From assembly GCA_021777765.1 (NCBI GenBank), contig JAJYDF010000001.1:13151-77150 (forward strand): 64,000 nt of DNA, written 5' to 3'. The notes under the pieces are model-generated. The model was not told where the DNA came from, did no database searches, and worked only from the letters and a program-made list of their open reading frames with translations. This document shows positions 32,958 to 43,586 of this stretch, piece after piece. The stretch's first letter is position 1; every line of letters starts with the position of its first letter. A program made the translations under genes and the position numbers. This DNA comes from Pseudomonadota bacterium (lineage in GTDB: Bacteria > Pseudomonadota > Gammaproteobacteria > DASZBR01).

Positions 32958-33583
32958 TTGTCCTCCGTTACATACAAGACTTTACGCAATTTTGTTAATT
33001 GTGATTTCGCTGCTAAAGCTTCGGGTTGGCAAATATCATGTAGTGAACAATGTTTGCAGCGTGCATCATTAACAGCAGGAGGTATTATTTTGGACGAATA
33101 CATATTGCGGATATCTTTGATAATTTTTTCTAATTCATTGCGTAATAGTTCATTTATTTTTACGACACGTCGATGATTTGAACTGCAATGAAATATTGCA
33201 CCTAAAGGAATAGCTTTTCCTAGCATTTCTTCTAAACAAATTGCTTGTGCAGCTAATTGCAAATCATCATGTAATTTTTGTCGTTTGGGGCCATATTTAT
33301 ATTCTACTGGATATGGTGTGCCGTCTTCTAAAAATTCCACAGCATCTGCTTTGCCAATTAATCCTAATCGTTCAGAAAATAACGGGAGAGCATAAACTAT
33401 TTTTTTATTGCTTATTATATTTTCATGTGGTTCGTCAACACGACGATGAGCAAAATTACCACGTTGAGTATCGACGTTGTTTTTGAATTCTTGTTCAACG
33501 TAAATGAGTGCACATTGTCGTGGGCAATAACTATAATGTTCTATTGCCGAAATCATAATTAATAATTCATTACTCTCTTGCAT
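32942..33583 (-). CDS. cas4: Cas4 RecB-like nuclease with Fe-S cluster
   Basis: 213 aa; N-terminal 'YSYCPRQCALIY'; C-terminal 'CKHCSLHDIC' four-Cys cluster; lysine in 'EYKYG'. Confidence 0.85.
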   Translation of the reverse strand: MQESNELLIMISAIEHYSYCPRQCALIYVEQEFKNNVDTQRGNFAHRRVDEPHENIISNKKIVYALPLFSERLGLIGKADAVEFLEDGTPYPVEYKYGPKRQKLHDDLQLAAQAICLEEMLGKAIPLGAIFHCSSNHRRVVKINELLRNELEKIIKDIRNMYSSKIIPPAVNDARCKHCSLHDICQPEALAAKSQLTKLRKVLYVTEDKCNKY

Positions 33584-33585
33584 GA

Positions 33586-34461
33586 TTAACCTACCATGCG
33601 AATTAAACTCACTCCTGAAGGTAGATCGGCATCATTTATATCGAATTCATAATCTAAAATATTTCGTGCTACTACTACATCATTTTTGCGTGTGATTTTA
33701 ATTCTATTAAATAATTCGTGTGCTGGTGCGTTGCCTAGTTGATTATCGTGCTTAAATATATAAAGGCCGCGTGTATTCATTTGTCCACGTGCTGCAGAAT
33801 GATCATGTTCAAACATGTTTTTCAAAGCATCCCAAAATAATTGTAAATCCTCTTCAGTAAAATTTGTTTGATTAGCTAGAAATGCGGAAATAAATCCGTG
33901 AGTACGATACAAACCATAAGGGATGGTATTTTTTCTACCCATAGTTTGATGAGGTGCATCTGGTTTTTCATCTTTTTCATCAGTTATGGCCATACGAGTT
34001 ATAGTGTGTTCGAGTGCGACGACCGGATCAATACTACGAGCAAATGTTAATTGCACAGGTCCTCGAACTTGACCGCAATTTGCACCTGTGGACATAACAG
34101 CACCGAAAGTTCTTACATCATAAAAATTTTGACACATCCATAATTGTGCTTTATCAACATTTTCTCCGCTTTGCCGTTTTTTTGTTTGTTTCGACAAATC
34201 AATATTCAATGCCTGATAAGCTCTATCAAGTGTTTTATTAAGTATGGATTTTTCTTTAATAAATATTTCATAAGGTGGTTTTTCTTGTTTCAGAATTGTA
34301 ATGTAATTGCGAACTTTGCGTTTTAAACAAACATCTGTTGTGATCCCTTGCCCTGTTTCTGGGTCTAATCTGGGTAAATTCCCTGCATCTGGGTCACCAT
34401 TTGGATTTCCATCCGCAACATCAAATAATAAAACGAAATCGTATCTATTTTGAATAATCAT
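33586..34461 (-). CDS. cas7: Cas7c (Csd2) backbone subunit of type I-C Cascade
   Basis: 291 aa; '[21 protein letters not shown]' is the signature N-terminus of Csd2-family Cas7. Confidence 0.85.
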   Translation of the reverse strand: MIIQNRYDFVLLFDVADGNPNGDPDAGNLPRLDPETGQGITTDVCLKRKVRNYITILKQEKPPYEIFIKEKSILNKTLDRAYQALNIDLSKQTKKRQSGENVDKAQLWMCQNFYDVRTFGAVMSTGANCGQVRGPVQLTFARSIDPVVALEHTITRMAITDEKDEKPDAPHQTMGRKNTIPYGLYRTHGFISAFLANQTNFTEEDLQLFWDALKNMFEHDHSAARGQMNTRGLYIFKHDNQLGNAPAHELFNRIKITRKNDVVVARNILDYEFDINDADLPSGVSLIRMVG

Positions 34462-34835
34462 GATAAATCTCCTTGTAATTTAGTATCAGATTTAGTGTAA
34501 AAATATTGCATTTGGTGATAATAACCAATTGCAAATCGTCCTTGATCAGGTAGAGATAAAACAGATGGAAAGTCTTGAAAATTATTTACTATTTCACCAA
34601 TTAATTTTATTAAATTAACTTTTCGTCCATTGTTAGTTAATTGTGATAAATGGTGATTATTAAGTTTTATTAGATTTGGAAACACAACTATTGGCGTGCT
34701 TGAGGCGGCACCATAATAACGATCACATATACTTGCATTTAAATCTCCTAATGCTTCGTTTTGCGTTTTTTCCAATACGGCAAATAATCTACCTAATTGA
34801 TACCCAATATTTTGGTTTGTTGTGCTGAGTGACAT
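34458..34835 (-). CDS. cas11: Putative Cas11c small subunit, made by internal translation initiation within cas8c (125 aa, '[15 protein letters not shown]...')
   Basis: In-frame ATG (complement of 34833-34835) preceded 7 nt upstream by AAGGAGA (complement of 34842-34848). Internal translation of Cas11 within cas8 is established for I-C systems. Confidence 0.55.
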   Translation of the reverse strand: MSLSTTNQNIGYQLGRLFAVLEKTQNEALGDLNASICDRYYGAASSTPIVVFPNLIKLNNHHLSQLTNNGRKVNLIKLIGEIVNNFQDFPSVLSLPDQGRFAIGYYHQMQYFYTKSDTKLQGDLS

Positions 34836-36263
34836 GAGATTCTCCTTTTCTTGTGCGTTTATTTTGCTAATAGATCGAGTAATGATGGCTTTTAATAATG
34901 CAACCCTTGCATAATTCACTTTATGTACTGGATGTTTTTGGTCTTCGGTATGAGCTGCACGAATTCTGCGCAATGTGGATTGTAATAAAATGTGTGGATA
35001 TTGAGTTCCTTTCAATATACTTTGCATTGTTTCTGCTATTAAATTTGGAGGAACATTTTTAATATCATTTTGTAGCGCTACTGCTGATAACAGTTGATAA
35101 AGTGTTAAATATTCAGGTTGTTTAATGCTATGTGTAATTTTAATATCATCAAAATGTTGACGAATATTTTTTGCTAATTCGGCAATAGGGCAAACGTGCC
35201 AAAAATTGATTGCTATACGTGATACATTAGGAGTTAGCCCAAGCACAAAAAATTGCGTTTTGTTTTCATCAGAAATAAAACCATCGCCAGTAAGTGGTTT
35301 TTTATATAATGATTCAACGGCTTTAACGCCAGCATCAGGATCATCAGTTTTGTCATCAGTTTTCTTGAAGTTCCGAGAAAATAATTCACCTAAGATATTT
35401 TCCATGTCATCTTGTTTCGCTGCCCAGAATACAATGGTAGTTTCACCAAATAATATTTTTTGATTTGAGGATTTTTCCAGTAATTTATTTAATGCGGTTG
35501 TATATGCTTCTGAAGCTGGAATGCTAATAGGCGCATTTTCTCCTTGTTTTTTATTGAATGAACAAGCGGCATCAAAATTATAAGAGACGATATTTGTACC
35601 GGATGGTTGGCCAAAGGCTAAACCTTTAATGTAAGGATGTAATCGCGCTATTTCTCCGGGTTCGCCGGTTATTAAGCAGGTATGTAAATTATTGTGAGAA
35701 TTATTATGCTGATCTTCAATAACTTTTTGTATTATTTCTCTATGACAAACAAGTTCTGTGTCATTTAATAGTTGAAATGCAATAGCTGAAGCAGGATTAC
35801 TAATTTCAGGCCATAAAGGATGTTGGTGTAAAGTATCTAGTTGACCATTTTTTAAAATTGATAAAACGGCATTAACACCAATGTCTGATGGTAGATTTGA
35901 AAAAGTATTAATTATATTATTTTCAAAAGCGAGTTTTCTTTGAGCTGCTTTATGTTCATCATTTTTTTTATCTAGTCCAAAAATGTATGGTGCATAATCC
36001 CATAACAAATTAGGAATTATTTTTGATGCTTTCTTGACTCTATGCGGCACTAAAAATTGTTTTGCAATTTTTTTATTGCCATCTAATTCTCTTGTGTCAT
36101 GTATATCAATGAATTTACCATCTTTATCGATGATGATAATAAACGGAATCGCCACCCATTCGAAGCCTAAAGGAGCTACTTGATTATCTCCTAAAGCAGA
36201 TTTGCGTTGGTAATAATTATAAAGAGATTGTAGAATCATTGTTTTATCTCCTCGCTTTTCCAA
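34458..36263 (-). CDS. cas8c: Cas8c (Csd1) large subunit
   Basis: 601 aa, positioned between cas5 and cas7. 4-bp overlap with cas7, 28-bp overlap with cas5. Confidence 0.85.
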   Translation of the reverse strand: MEKRGDKTMILQSLYNYYQRKSALGDNQVAPLGFEWVAIPFIIIIDKDGKFIDIHDTRELDGNKKIAKQFLVPHRVKKASKIIPNLLWDYAPYIFGLDKKNDEHKAAQRKLAFENNIINTFSNLPSDIGVNAVLSILKNGQLDTLHQHPLWPEISNPASAIAFQLLNDTELVCHREIIQKVIEDQHNNSHNNLHTCLITGEPGEIARLHPYIKGLAFGQPSGTNIVSYNFDAACSFNKKQGENAPISIPASEAYTTALNKLLEKSSNQKILFGETTIVFWAAKQDDMENILGELFSRNFKKTDDKTDDPDAGVKAVESLYKKPLTGDGFISDENKTQFFVLGLTPNVSRIAINFWHVCPIAELAKNIRQHFDDIKITHSIKQPEYLTLYQLLSAVALQNDIKNVPPNLIAETMQSILKGTQYPHILLQSTLRRIRAAHTEDQKHPVHKVNYARVALLKAIITRSISKINAQEKENLMSLSTTNQNIGYQLGRLFAVLEKTQNEALGDLNASICDRYYGAASSTPIVVFPNLIKLNNHHLSQLTNNGRKVNLIKLIGEIVNNFQDFPSVLSLPDQGRFAIGYYHQMQYFYTKSDTKLQGDLS

Positions 36264-36898
36264 TCTGGAATGATCAGCCTTCCTTCATTTAAATTTGCAT
36301 GAAAGAAACGGGGAATAGGATTATCAGTTTGTGAATAATCCATGTCATATAACACCCATCCTAAATCACGCGTTTCATTATAAAGTCGTGATGAAATGGA
36401 TTGATCTTCAATTAAAGCAAAATTTGCAACAAATTCACGACAGCCTAAATAGGGTTGATTAATACATTGACCTTTTAGAGCGCGACGCTCAAACATATCA
36501 AAAAATTTACCCGGTAAATTATTTTCTGATTGTTCAATAATTTCAAAATGGGCATAAATACGATAACGCACATCTCTTAAAAACAATCCTGCTCTTTGCT
36601 GACGTTCATCTTCAATGTATAAATGTAAAAACCCTTTATTATTTTTCATTGCTGATTTAGCGTTTTTTGCAGAAATGATATTGCTGATTTCATTTCGCCT
36701 GAGCGATATCCATTTTATTGGATGTAATAATTCTATTTTAGTGATTTGCCATCTAATTGCTGGTTTCCATAAAATCGATTCAAAAATGGCGCGTGCTGCG
36801 GAGGGTGTTATGATGTCATACGAAACTCTTTCTGTTTTCATTTCTGGGCGGGTAAAACACGCAAAATCTCCCCAGACTTCCAAGCAATAGGTTCTCAT
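36236..36898 (-). CDS. cas5: Cas5c/Cas5d pre-crRNA endonuclease
   Basis: 220 aa; 'YCLEVWGDFACFTRPE' is the characteristic Cas5d N-terminus. Confidence 0.85.
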   Translation of the reverse strand: MRTYCLEVWGDFACFTRPEMKTERVSYDIITPSAARAIFESILWKPAIRWQITKIELLHPIKWISLRRNEISNIISAKNAKSAMKNNKGFLHLYIEDERQQRAGLFLRDVRYRIYAHFEIIEQSENNLPGKFFDMFERRALKGQCINQPYLGCREFVANFALIEDQSISSRLYNETRDLGWVLYDMDYSQTDNPIPRFFHANLNEGRLIIPDWKSEEIKQ

Positions 36899-37060
36899 TT
36901 ATGATCTCCTTATTTTACGTGATGCCCATATTAGATATTTTATTTTCTGGGCTATGATGTTGTTCAAATATGCAATAAATTATTAAGATGTAATCGATTG
37001 ATATTGCTACACCATTTTTTACACGGTTTATTAAAAATTAATTTCCTTCTCATTATTTCA

Positions 37061-39283
37061 TTAACAAACAAAATCTTCTGGTTTGATTAGAGCATTGTCT
37101 GTTACTGTAAAACCATATTTTTCGTCATATATTTTTGGATTTATTTGTACATATAGTCCTCTATCAATTTCTTCGATATCATATGATTTTAGTAAGTTAT
37201 CGATATGCCATTTATTAATTGATATTGTGTAACGTTGTAATTTACGAGAAAGTTCTCGATTATATTTTTTTGTAGTGAATTCATTAATTAATTGTTGGCT
37301 TTCTCCGTATATCACAATAATTGTCGCTAATAGGTCATTATTAATTATTTGAAAGTTATTGGCTGCAGTCCGAAATTGCATTTGTAATTGATTCTCTGGA
37401 TGTAAATCTTTAAGAATATTGTATTTATCTAAGTCAATTATTTTCCAATACAGTTCTTCAAAAAAATGTTGAAAATGTATGGGAGATATTGGGTCATCAA
37501 TATTAGTCATTAACATTGTTCTAGCCACCTGTTCGGCTTTGCGTAAAAGACCTGGTGGCGGTTGTGAAGATGGATTAAATATAATGACTTTTCCTCTCTT
37601 GAGTTTCCCTTCGCGATTACATCTACCGGCTGCTTGAGCAATTGAATCCAGTCCCGCCATAGCTCGAAATACTATTGGAAAATCGAGATCTACTCCTGCT
37701 TCAACTAATTGTGTACTAATAACTCGAATAGGTTTACCGCTTTCTAGTTGATTATTAATTTTTTTTATTATTTGAGAACGATGCTCACCACACATTAATG
37801 CAGAAAGATGTACGGTTTCAGACGGCATGAGTTGGCATAATTTTCGACAATCATCTCGTCGATTTACAATACATAACACTGTTTGGTATTGTTGTAGTTG
37901 CTCTGATATTTCTTGCCAGGATTGTTGTTGCTTAAAATCGTGAGGCAATTGAATATCTACTCTTTTCAAATCATTATTTAATTTTTCTTTATCTTCAATT
38001 ATTTCAGTAATATTTTTTAATCCTTCAAAATGCCAACCAAGACTTTTACGTTCTTGGAAAGCTGGTTGTGTAGCTGTGCATATTAAAAAAGTGACTGTAT
38101 AAGCATCAACCAGTTCTTGCATAGATAACAGCATTGGTTTGAGAAATTCAGGTGGTAATAATTGCGCTTCATCTAATATCACGACACTATTAACTATATT
38201 ATGTAGTTTTCGCGTTTTGCTTGTTTTGCTGGCAAAAAGAGATTCAAAAAATTGAACATTTGTAGTGACAATAATTGGAGCATCCCAATTTTCACAAGCT
38301 AATCTGCTGCTTGTAGTTTCTTTATTTAGGTCGAGATTGGAATGATGTTCAATAACATTATTGCCAAAAATATCACGAAATATTTCTGCATTTTGTTCAA
38401 TAATACTTGTGTAAGGAATAACATAAATAATTCTTTGTTTTTGATATTTAATTGCATGATTTAATGCAAAAGCCATGCTAGAAAGTGTTTTGCCACCACC
38501 TGTTGGTACTGTCAGTGAATAAATCCCTGGTTTATCATCAGATTTATTAAGACATTGTTGCAAAATATTATTACGAATGTGGTCGATCGGTTTTTGTGGA
38601 TTGTTCAAGAAATTTTGCAGATGTTGGTTTAATAATATCGATAATTGTTCCAATGTAGAATATTTTAAGCGTAATTTTGATTTACCGCTATCCATAAATA
38701 ATTCGGTATCTAAAAAATCTGCATCCACTAAACATGAAAATAACATTCGAATCCACAGAGATGGAAAATTACCGGTTGGATATGAAGTAGGTTTTGATTG
38801 TTCAATTAATTCTTGTGGTGGATTTAATTTAATTACTTTATTAAGTAATTCTTTATCTTGTAATCTTTCTTCTAAAGATGCGCCAGGCGCATTTATTTTT
38901 CGGTAATCTGGCAATCCTGTGTGATGTCCGGCGATGAGATAAGCTAGTATATTTCCATAGGCTTCAAATTTTTCTACAGCTAACTGAGCCCCAGCAGCAG
39001 AGTGATCAACTTTATTTTGAGAATTTTCAATATGCGCATCCGCATTATAGCCACTTGCATTACGAATATAATTTTGAAATTCAACGGAATATTTTCCAAG
39101 GTCATGCCACAATCCTGCAAGAGCAGCCCAATCCCCATTGCCAAAAGTGTCTGCAAATTTCTTGGATAATTTTGCAACGGCATTTAAATGATCTATCAGC
39201 AAATGCTCATGCCAATGTCCTTTTTCATCCTTATAAACATGCGCAATAGAATTATGAATATCCATATATTTCCTGAAATACAA
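37061..39283 (-). CDS. cas3: Cas3 HD nuclease/helicase
   Basis: HD motif 'LAGLWHDLGKY'; helicase Walker A 'TVPTGGGKT'; DEAQ box 'VILDEAQLL'. 740 aa. Confidence 0.9.
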   Translation of the reverse strand: MYFRKYMDIHNSIAHVYKDEKGHWHEHLLIDHLNAVAKLSKKFADTFGNGDWAALAGLWHDLGKYSVEFQNYIRNASGYNADAHIENSQNKVDHSAAGAQLAVEKFEAYGNILAYLIAGHHTGLPDYRKINAPGASLEERLQDKELLNKVIKLNPPQELIEQSKPTSYPTGNFPSLWIRMLFSCLVDADFLDTELFMDSGKSKLRLKYSTLEQLSILLNQHLQNFLNNPQKPIDHIRNNILQQCLNKSDDKPGIYSLTVPTGGGKTLSSMAFALNHAIKYQKQRIIYVIPYTSIIEQNAEIFRDIFGNNVIEHHSNLDLNKETTSSRLACENWDAPIIVTTNVQFFESLFASKTSKTRKLHNIVNSVVILDEAQLLPPEFLKPMLLSMQELVDAYTVTFLICTATQPAFQERKSLGWHFEGLKNITEIIEDKEKLNNDLKRVDIQLPHDFKQQQSWQEISEQLQQYQTVLCIVNRRDDCRKLCQLMPSETVHLSALMCGEHRSQIIKKINNQLESGKPIRVISTQLVEAGVDLDFPIVFRAMAGLDSIAQAAGRCNREGKLKRGKVIIFNPSSQPPPGLLRKAEQVARTMLMTNIDDPISPIHFQHFFEELYWKIIDLDKYNILKDLHPENQLQMQFRTAANNFQIINNDLLATIIVIYGESQQLINEFTTKKYNRELSRKLQRYTISINKWHIDNLLKSYDIEEIDRGLYVQINPKIYDEKYGFTVTDNALIKPEDFVC

Positions 39284-39391
39284 AACGTTTTATTTGTTTA
39301 TTTTTTTGATATTTTGAAATAAAGATTAGTAGGGAATCTGTGAATGGTCAAAAGAGCTGTAATTAAGCCAAGATGAATTATTTTTTACTCA

Positions 39392-39418
39392 TTAGCAATC
39401 TATCCAACTGAGTGCTAA
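39392..39418 (+). promoter_or_regulatory. CIRCE operator (TTAGCAATC-N9-GAGTGCTAA) upstream of hrcA, followed by the -10-like TATATAAT
   Basis: One mismatch to consensus TTAGCACTC-N9-GAGTGCTAA. About 50 bp upstream of the hrcA ATG, in the cas3-hrcA divergent intergenic region. Confidence 0.7.
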
Positions 39419-39470
39419 AGTGTTATATAATATTTTTTTTGATAAATCCGATTAATTACTAACATTCAGT

Positions 39471-40529
39471 TTGAAGTCAATGATAGACAAAGACAAAACG
39501 CTTAATGAGCGAGCACAACATCTATTTAAATGTCTTGTAGAACGTTATATTCGTGACGGTCAGCCGGTTGGCTCGCGCACGCTCTCTGATGAAATGGGAT
39601 TATGTTTAAGTTCGGCAACAATACGAAATGTATTGGCTGATTTAGAAGAGCAGGGCTATCTACGTTCATTGCATACTTCATCGGGGCGTGTTCCCACTGC
39701 ACGCGGTTACCGATTTTTTGTGGATTCTTTGCTCACGGTGCAACCATTACAAGAAGAAATGGTGCAACAGTTTCAGCAGCAATTAGATCCTGATCTAAAT
39801 GTACCCAGTTTGGTTAATTCAGCGTCGACTTTATTGTCGCGTATTACGCATTTGGCGGGATTAGTTACCGTCCCAAGACATGAGCGAGTCATCGTGCGGC
39901 ATATGGAATTTTTACCTTTATCTGGTAATCGGGTGTTAGTCATTTTGGTGCTCAATGAGCGGGAAGTGCAAAATCGAATTATTTATACGGATCGTTCCTA
40001 TTCGCAAAGTGAATTACAGCAGGCAGCCAATTATTTAAATTCTAATTTTGCGGGGTTGGATTTAACGCACGCGAGACAAAAAATATTATCCAGTATGGCC
40101 GCTGATAGAGACTCAGTGAATGCATTTATGCAGACAGCACTGGATGTTGCGAGCAAAGGTCTTAATATCAATGCAACGAGCAATCCTGATGACTATGTAA
40201 TGGCTGGACAAGCTAATTTAATTGGTATGGCTGAAGAATCTGGCGTAGAAAGTTTACGATCATTGTTTGAGGCTTTTACTCAAAAACAAGTTATTCTGGG
40301 ATTATTGGATCACTGTTTAAATGCGGAAGGTGTGCAATTATATATCGGTGAAGAATCAGGTTATCAGGCGTTGGATGATTGTAGTTTAGTAACTGCACCT
40401 TACTCTGTGTCGGGTGAAGTGGTTGGTGTATTGGCAGTGATTGGTCCGACACGTATGGCGTATGACAAAGTTATTCCCGTTGTAGATTTAACGGCAAAAT
40501 TATTGAGTGCGGCCTTGAATCGATCGTAA
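39471..40529 (+). CDS. hrcA: Heat-inducible transcription repressor HrcA
   Basis: 'GQPVGSRTLS' winged-helix N-terminus; ~350 aa; directly upstream of grpE-dnaK-dnaJ. Confidence 0.85.
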   Translation: MKSMIDKDKTLNERAQHLFKCLVERYIRDGQPVGSRTLSDEMGLCLSSATIRNVLADLEEQGYLRSLHTSSGRVPTARGYRFFVDSLLTVQPLQEEMVQQFQQQLDPDLNVPSLVNSASTLLSRITHLAGLVTVPRHERVIVRHMEFLPLSGNRVLVILVLNEREVQNRIIYTDRSYSQSELQQAANYLNSNFAGLDLTHARQKILSSMAADRDSVNAFMQTALDVASKGLNINATSNPDDYVMAGQANLIGMAEESGVESLRSLFEAFTQKQVILGLLDHCLNAEGVQLYIGEESGYQALDDCSLVTAPYSVSGEVVGVLAVIGPTRMAYDKVIPVVDLTAKLLSAALNRS

Positions 40530-40630
40530 GAATCCCCATCTTATTTTCCTTCCACCCTTCGGTGCGATAGTGCTGAAGACGGATTAGGGGGTATTAAAAA
40601 GATTTACGCAATTATTTAAATCGTCCTCGT

Positions 40631-40668
40631 CCGCCTTCGGCACCTTCTCCCGCAAGCGGGAGAAGGAA
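40631..40668. repeat. REP-like palindromic element (CCGCCTTCGGCACCTTCTCCCGCAAGCGGGAGAAGGAA). A related partial copy lies just upstream at 40547-40590.
   Basis: Same family as 43479-43525 and 49728-49777, in the opposite orientation. Confidence 0.65.
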
Positions 40669-40698
40669 AATCAACTATTTTTTTAGCGGAGTACAAGC

Positions 40699-41328
40699 AT
40701 GACAAAGAAGCAAGATTGGTTATATGAAGACGACGATATGATGGGAGAGCCTGAAAAAGAAGCTGAACAAGACTCTTCACAAAAAGACGCGCAAAAAAAA
40801 GAGACTAAAGCAGCGAGTGAAGAACACAAAGAATTAGATTTAACAAGCCGACAAGATTTAGAAGAAGAATTAAATAAAATGGAAAAGTTGGTGGATGAAT
40901 ATAAAGAAAAATATTTACATGCAAAAGCTGAAACTGACACAGTACGTCGTCGCTCCTATGAACAGATTGATAAAGAAAAAAAATATGCTGTGAGTAAATT
41001 ACTTGAAGAATTAATACCAATTCTTGATAGCTTTACTCAAAGCGTTGCCACCGTACAAGATACCGATCATGAAATGGTTACCAGCATGCGTGAAGGTATG
41101 GTGCTGACTCTGCAAATGTTATTGAAAGCACTGGCAAAATTTGGCGTTAAAGAAATTAATCCTGGTGACAATGAATTATTTAATCCCACCTTTCATGAAG
41201 TGATGATGGCACAAGAAAATAATAGTGTTGCGCCAAATACCATTTTATCGGTATTACAAAAAGGGTATCAGCTCCATGATCGAGTTATTCGTCCTGCACG
41301 TGTTATTGTTGCAAGAGCGACGAATTAA
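40699..41328 (+). CDS. grpE: Nucleotide exchange factor GrpE
   Basis: Acidic N-terminus, coiled-coil, C-terminal beta-domain; 209 aa; operon position. Confidence 0.85.
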   Translation: MTKKQDWLYEDDDMMGEPEKEAEQDSSQKDAQKKETKAASEEHKELDLTSRQDLEEELNKMEKLVDEYKEKYLHAKAETDTVRRRSYEQIDKEKKYAVSKLLEELIPILDSFTQSVATVQDTDHEMVTSMREGMVLTLQMLLKALAKFGVKEINPGDNELFNPTFHEVMMAQENNSVAPNTILSVLQKGYQLHDRVIRPARVIVARATN

Positions 41329-41344
41329 TTAATTCAAATGCGGA

Positions 41345-41372
41345 GTTGAAAAAATCTGGCTAGTCCCCATGT
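41345..41372 (+). promoter_or_regulatory. Sigma-32 promoter for dnaK (GTTGAAA-N13-CCCCATGT)
   Basis: Near-perfect match to the E. coli sigma-32 consensus CTTGAAA-N13-15-CCCCATNT. Confidence 0.65.
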
Positions 41373-41517
41373 TGATATTAGGTAATTATTTATTCGTTAT
41401 CTTCATCCCAATAGAAAACAAGAAAAGTTGTTGAGTTATTTGGGGAGAAACTAATAAATAGTTAAATGTAATTAAATTGTAAACGTTATTTATAGATTTT
41501 TTTGGAGAAAGCAAACA

Positions 41518-43467
41518 ATGGCTCAAATAATTGGTATAGACCTTGGAACAACGAATTCCTGTGTTGCCGTAATGGAAGGTGACAAAGTTAAAGTAATTGA
41601 AAACAGCGAAGGTATGCGTACTACGCCTTCGATTGTTGCCTATACGGAAGATGGTGAAATTTTGTGTGGACAAGCTGCAAAACGTCAAGCAGTGACAAAT
41701 CCTAAACGCACCCTTTTTGCGATTAAACGATTAATTGGCCGTAAGTTCACAGATGATGTTGTGCAAAAAGATATTAAAATGGTGCCTTATGAAATTATGT
41801 CTGCTGATAACGGCGATGCTTGGGTGAGAGTGGGCAATGAAAAATTAGCGCCACCACAAATTTCTGCACAAGTATTAATTAAGATGAAAAAAACTGCAGA
41901 AGATTATTTGGGGCACCCTGTTACTGAAGCAGTTATTACCGTTCCTGCTTATTTCAATGATTCACAACGTCAAGCTACTAAAGACGCAGGACGTATCGCT
42001 GGGTTAGAAGTGAAACGTATTATTAACGAACCTACCGCAGCTGCGTTAGCGTTTGGTATGGACAAGAAACCCGGTGATAAAACCATTGCGGTTTATGACT
42101 TGGGTGGTGGTACCTTTGATATTTCTGTTATTGAAATTGCCGATGTTGAAGGCGAGCATCAATTTGAAGTATTGGCCACTAATGGTGATACCTTCTTAGG
42201 TGGTGAAGATTTTGATTTACGCTTAATTGATTATTTAGCAAGTGAATTTAAAAAGGATTCTGGTATTGATTTACATAATGATCCATTAGCATTGCAACGA
42301 TTAAAAGAAGCTGCAGAAAAAGCAAAAATTGAATTATCTTCCGCACAACAAACCGATGTTAATCTACCTTATATTACTGCTGATGCCAGTGGTCCAAAAC
42401 ATATGAACATTAAATTGACCCGTGCAAAATTAGAAGCATTGGTGGAAGATTTAATCGTTAAAACCATTGAACCTTGCAAGATTGCATTAAAAGATGCTGG
42501 CTTGAAAGTGTCCGAAATTGACGATGTCATTTTGGTGGGTGGTCAAACCCGTATGCCAAAAGTGATTGAGGCGGTCAATAACTTTTTTGGTAAAGAAGCG
42601 CGACACGATGTTAATCCTGATGAAGCAGTTGCTGTTGGTGCTGCAATTCAAGGCGCTGTATTATCTGGTGATGTTAAAGACGTATTATTGTTGGATGTCA
42701 CACCATTATCTTTGGGAATCGAAACCATGGGTGGTGTTATGACGAAATTAATTGAGAAAAATACCACTATTCCAACTAAAGCAAGCAATGTTTTCTCTAC
42801 TGCTGATGATAATCAGACTGCTGTAACAGTGCATGTATTACAAGGTGAACGTGAGCGTTCGCGTGACAATAAATCATTAGGACGATTTGATTTAGCCGGT
42901 ATTCCACCAGCACCACGGGGTGTTCCACAGATTGAAGTGTCATTTAATATTGATGCTAATGGTATTTTAAATGTGTCTGCTAAAGACAAGGCAACTGGCA
43001 AGGCGCAATCCATTGTGATTAAAGCTTCTAGCGGTTTATCAGACGAAGAAGTGAAGCGCATGATTAGAGAAGCTGAAGCCAATGCGGAAGACGATCGCAA
43101 ATACCATGAATTAGTGGCATCACGTAATCACGCTGATACTTTAATGCATTCTGTATCAAAGACCATTAAAGAAGCGGGCGATAAAGTTTCTGCCGATGAG
43201 AAATCACGTATCGAAGCAGCAATAACAGCATTACAAGAAGCAGTGAAAGGCGATGATAAAGCATTAATTGATAAGTTGACCTCTGAATTATCGGACGTTT
43301 CAGGAAAAATGGCTGAGCATATGTATGCACAAGCTGGCGCTGCTGATTCATCTACTGGCACAACTGATTCTGGTACTCATGAAGGTGGTGATGCTGGTGA
43401 CAAGGGCAAAGGAAAGCCTAAAGATGATGTGGTTGATGCGGAGTTTGAAGAAGTTAAAGATAAGTAA
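41518..43467 (+). CDS. dnaK: Chaperone DnaK (Hsp70)
   Basis: '[14 protein letters not shown]', 'DLGGGTFD', '[11 protein letters not shown]'; 649 aa. Confidence 0.97.
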   Translation: MAQIIGIDLGTTNSCVAVMEGDKVKVIENSEGMRTTPSIVAYTEDGEILCGQAAKRQAVTNPKRTLFAIKRLIGRKFTDDVVQKDIKMVPYEIMSADNGDAWVRVGNEKLAPPQISAQVLIKMKKTAEDYLGHPVTEAVITVPAYFNDSQRQATKDAGRIAGLEVKRIINEPTAAALAFGMDKKPGDKTIAVYDLGGGTFDISVIEIADVEGEHQFEVLATNGDTFLGGEDFDLRLIDYLASEFKKDSGIDLHNDPLALQRLKEAAEKAKIELSSAQQTDVNLPYITADASGPKHMNIKLTRAKLEALVEDLIVKTIEPCKIALKDAGLKVSEIDDVILVGGQTRMPKVIEAVNNFFGKEARHDVNPDEAVAVGAAIQGAVLSGDVKDVLLLDVTPLSLGIETMGGVMTKLIEKNTTIPTKASNVFSTADDNQTAVTVHVLQGERERSRDNKSLGRFDLAGIPPAPRGVPQIEVSFNIDANGILNVSAKDKATGKAQSIVIKASSGLSDEEVKRMIREAEANAEDDRKYHELVASRNHADTLMHSVSKTIKEAGDKVSADEKSRIEAAITALQEAVKGDDKALIDKLTSELSDVSGKMAEHMYAQAGAADSSTGTTDSGTHEGGDAGDKGKGKPKDDVVDAEFEEVKDK

Positions 43468-43478
43468 TTAACATTATT

Positions 43479-43525
43479 TCCTTCTCTCGCTTGCGGGAGA
43501 AGGTGCCGAAGGCGGGTGAGGGTAG
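43479..43525. repeat. REP-like palindromic element (TTCCTTCTCTCGCTTGCGGGAGAAGGTGCCGAAGGCGGGTGAGGGTAG)
   Basis: Lies between dnaK and dnaJ. The ORF-track start of dnaJ at 43491 reads through it spuriously. Confidence 0.65.
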
Positions 43526-43586
43526 TTTACTTCATCCGTTTTCGGCATTTTCGCGTTTGGCGACAGAAGGAAAAGGAACTGGTTCA

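Noticed and set aside
43491..43586. N-terminal extension of dnaJ ([14 protein letters not shown]...) in the ORF track
   Set aside because: The extension is a translation of the REP-like palindrome. The conserved DnaJ N-terminus [11 protein letters not shown] starts at 43587 with an SD upstream.
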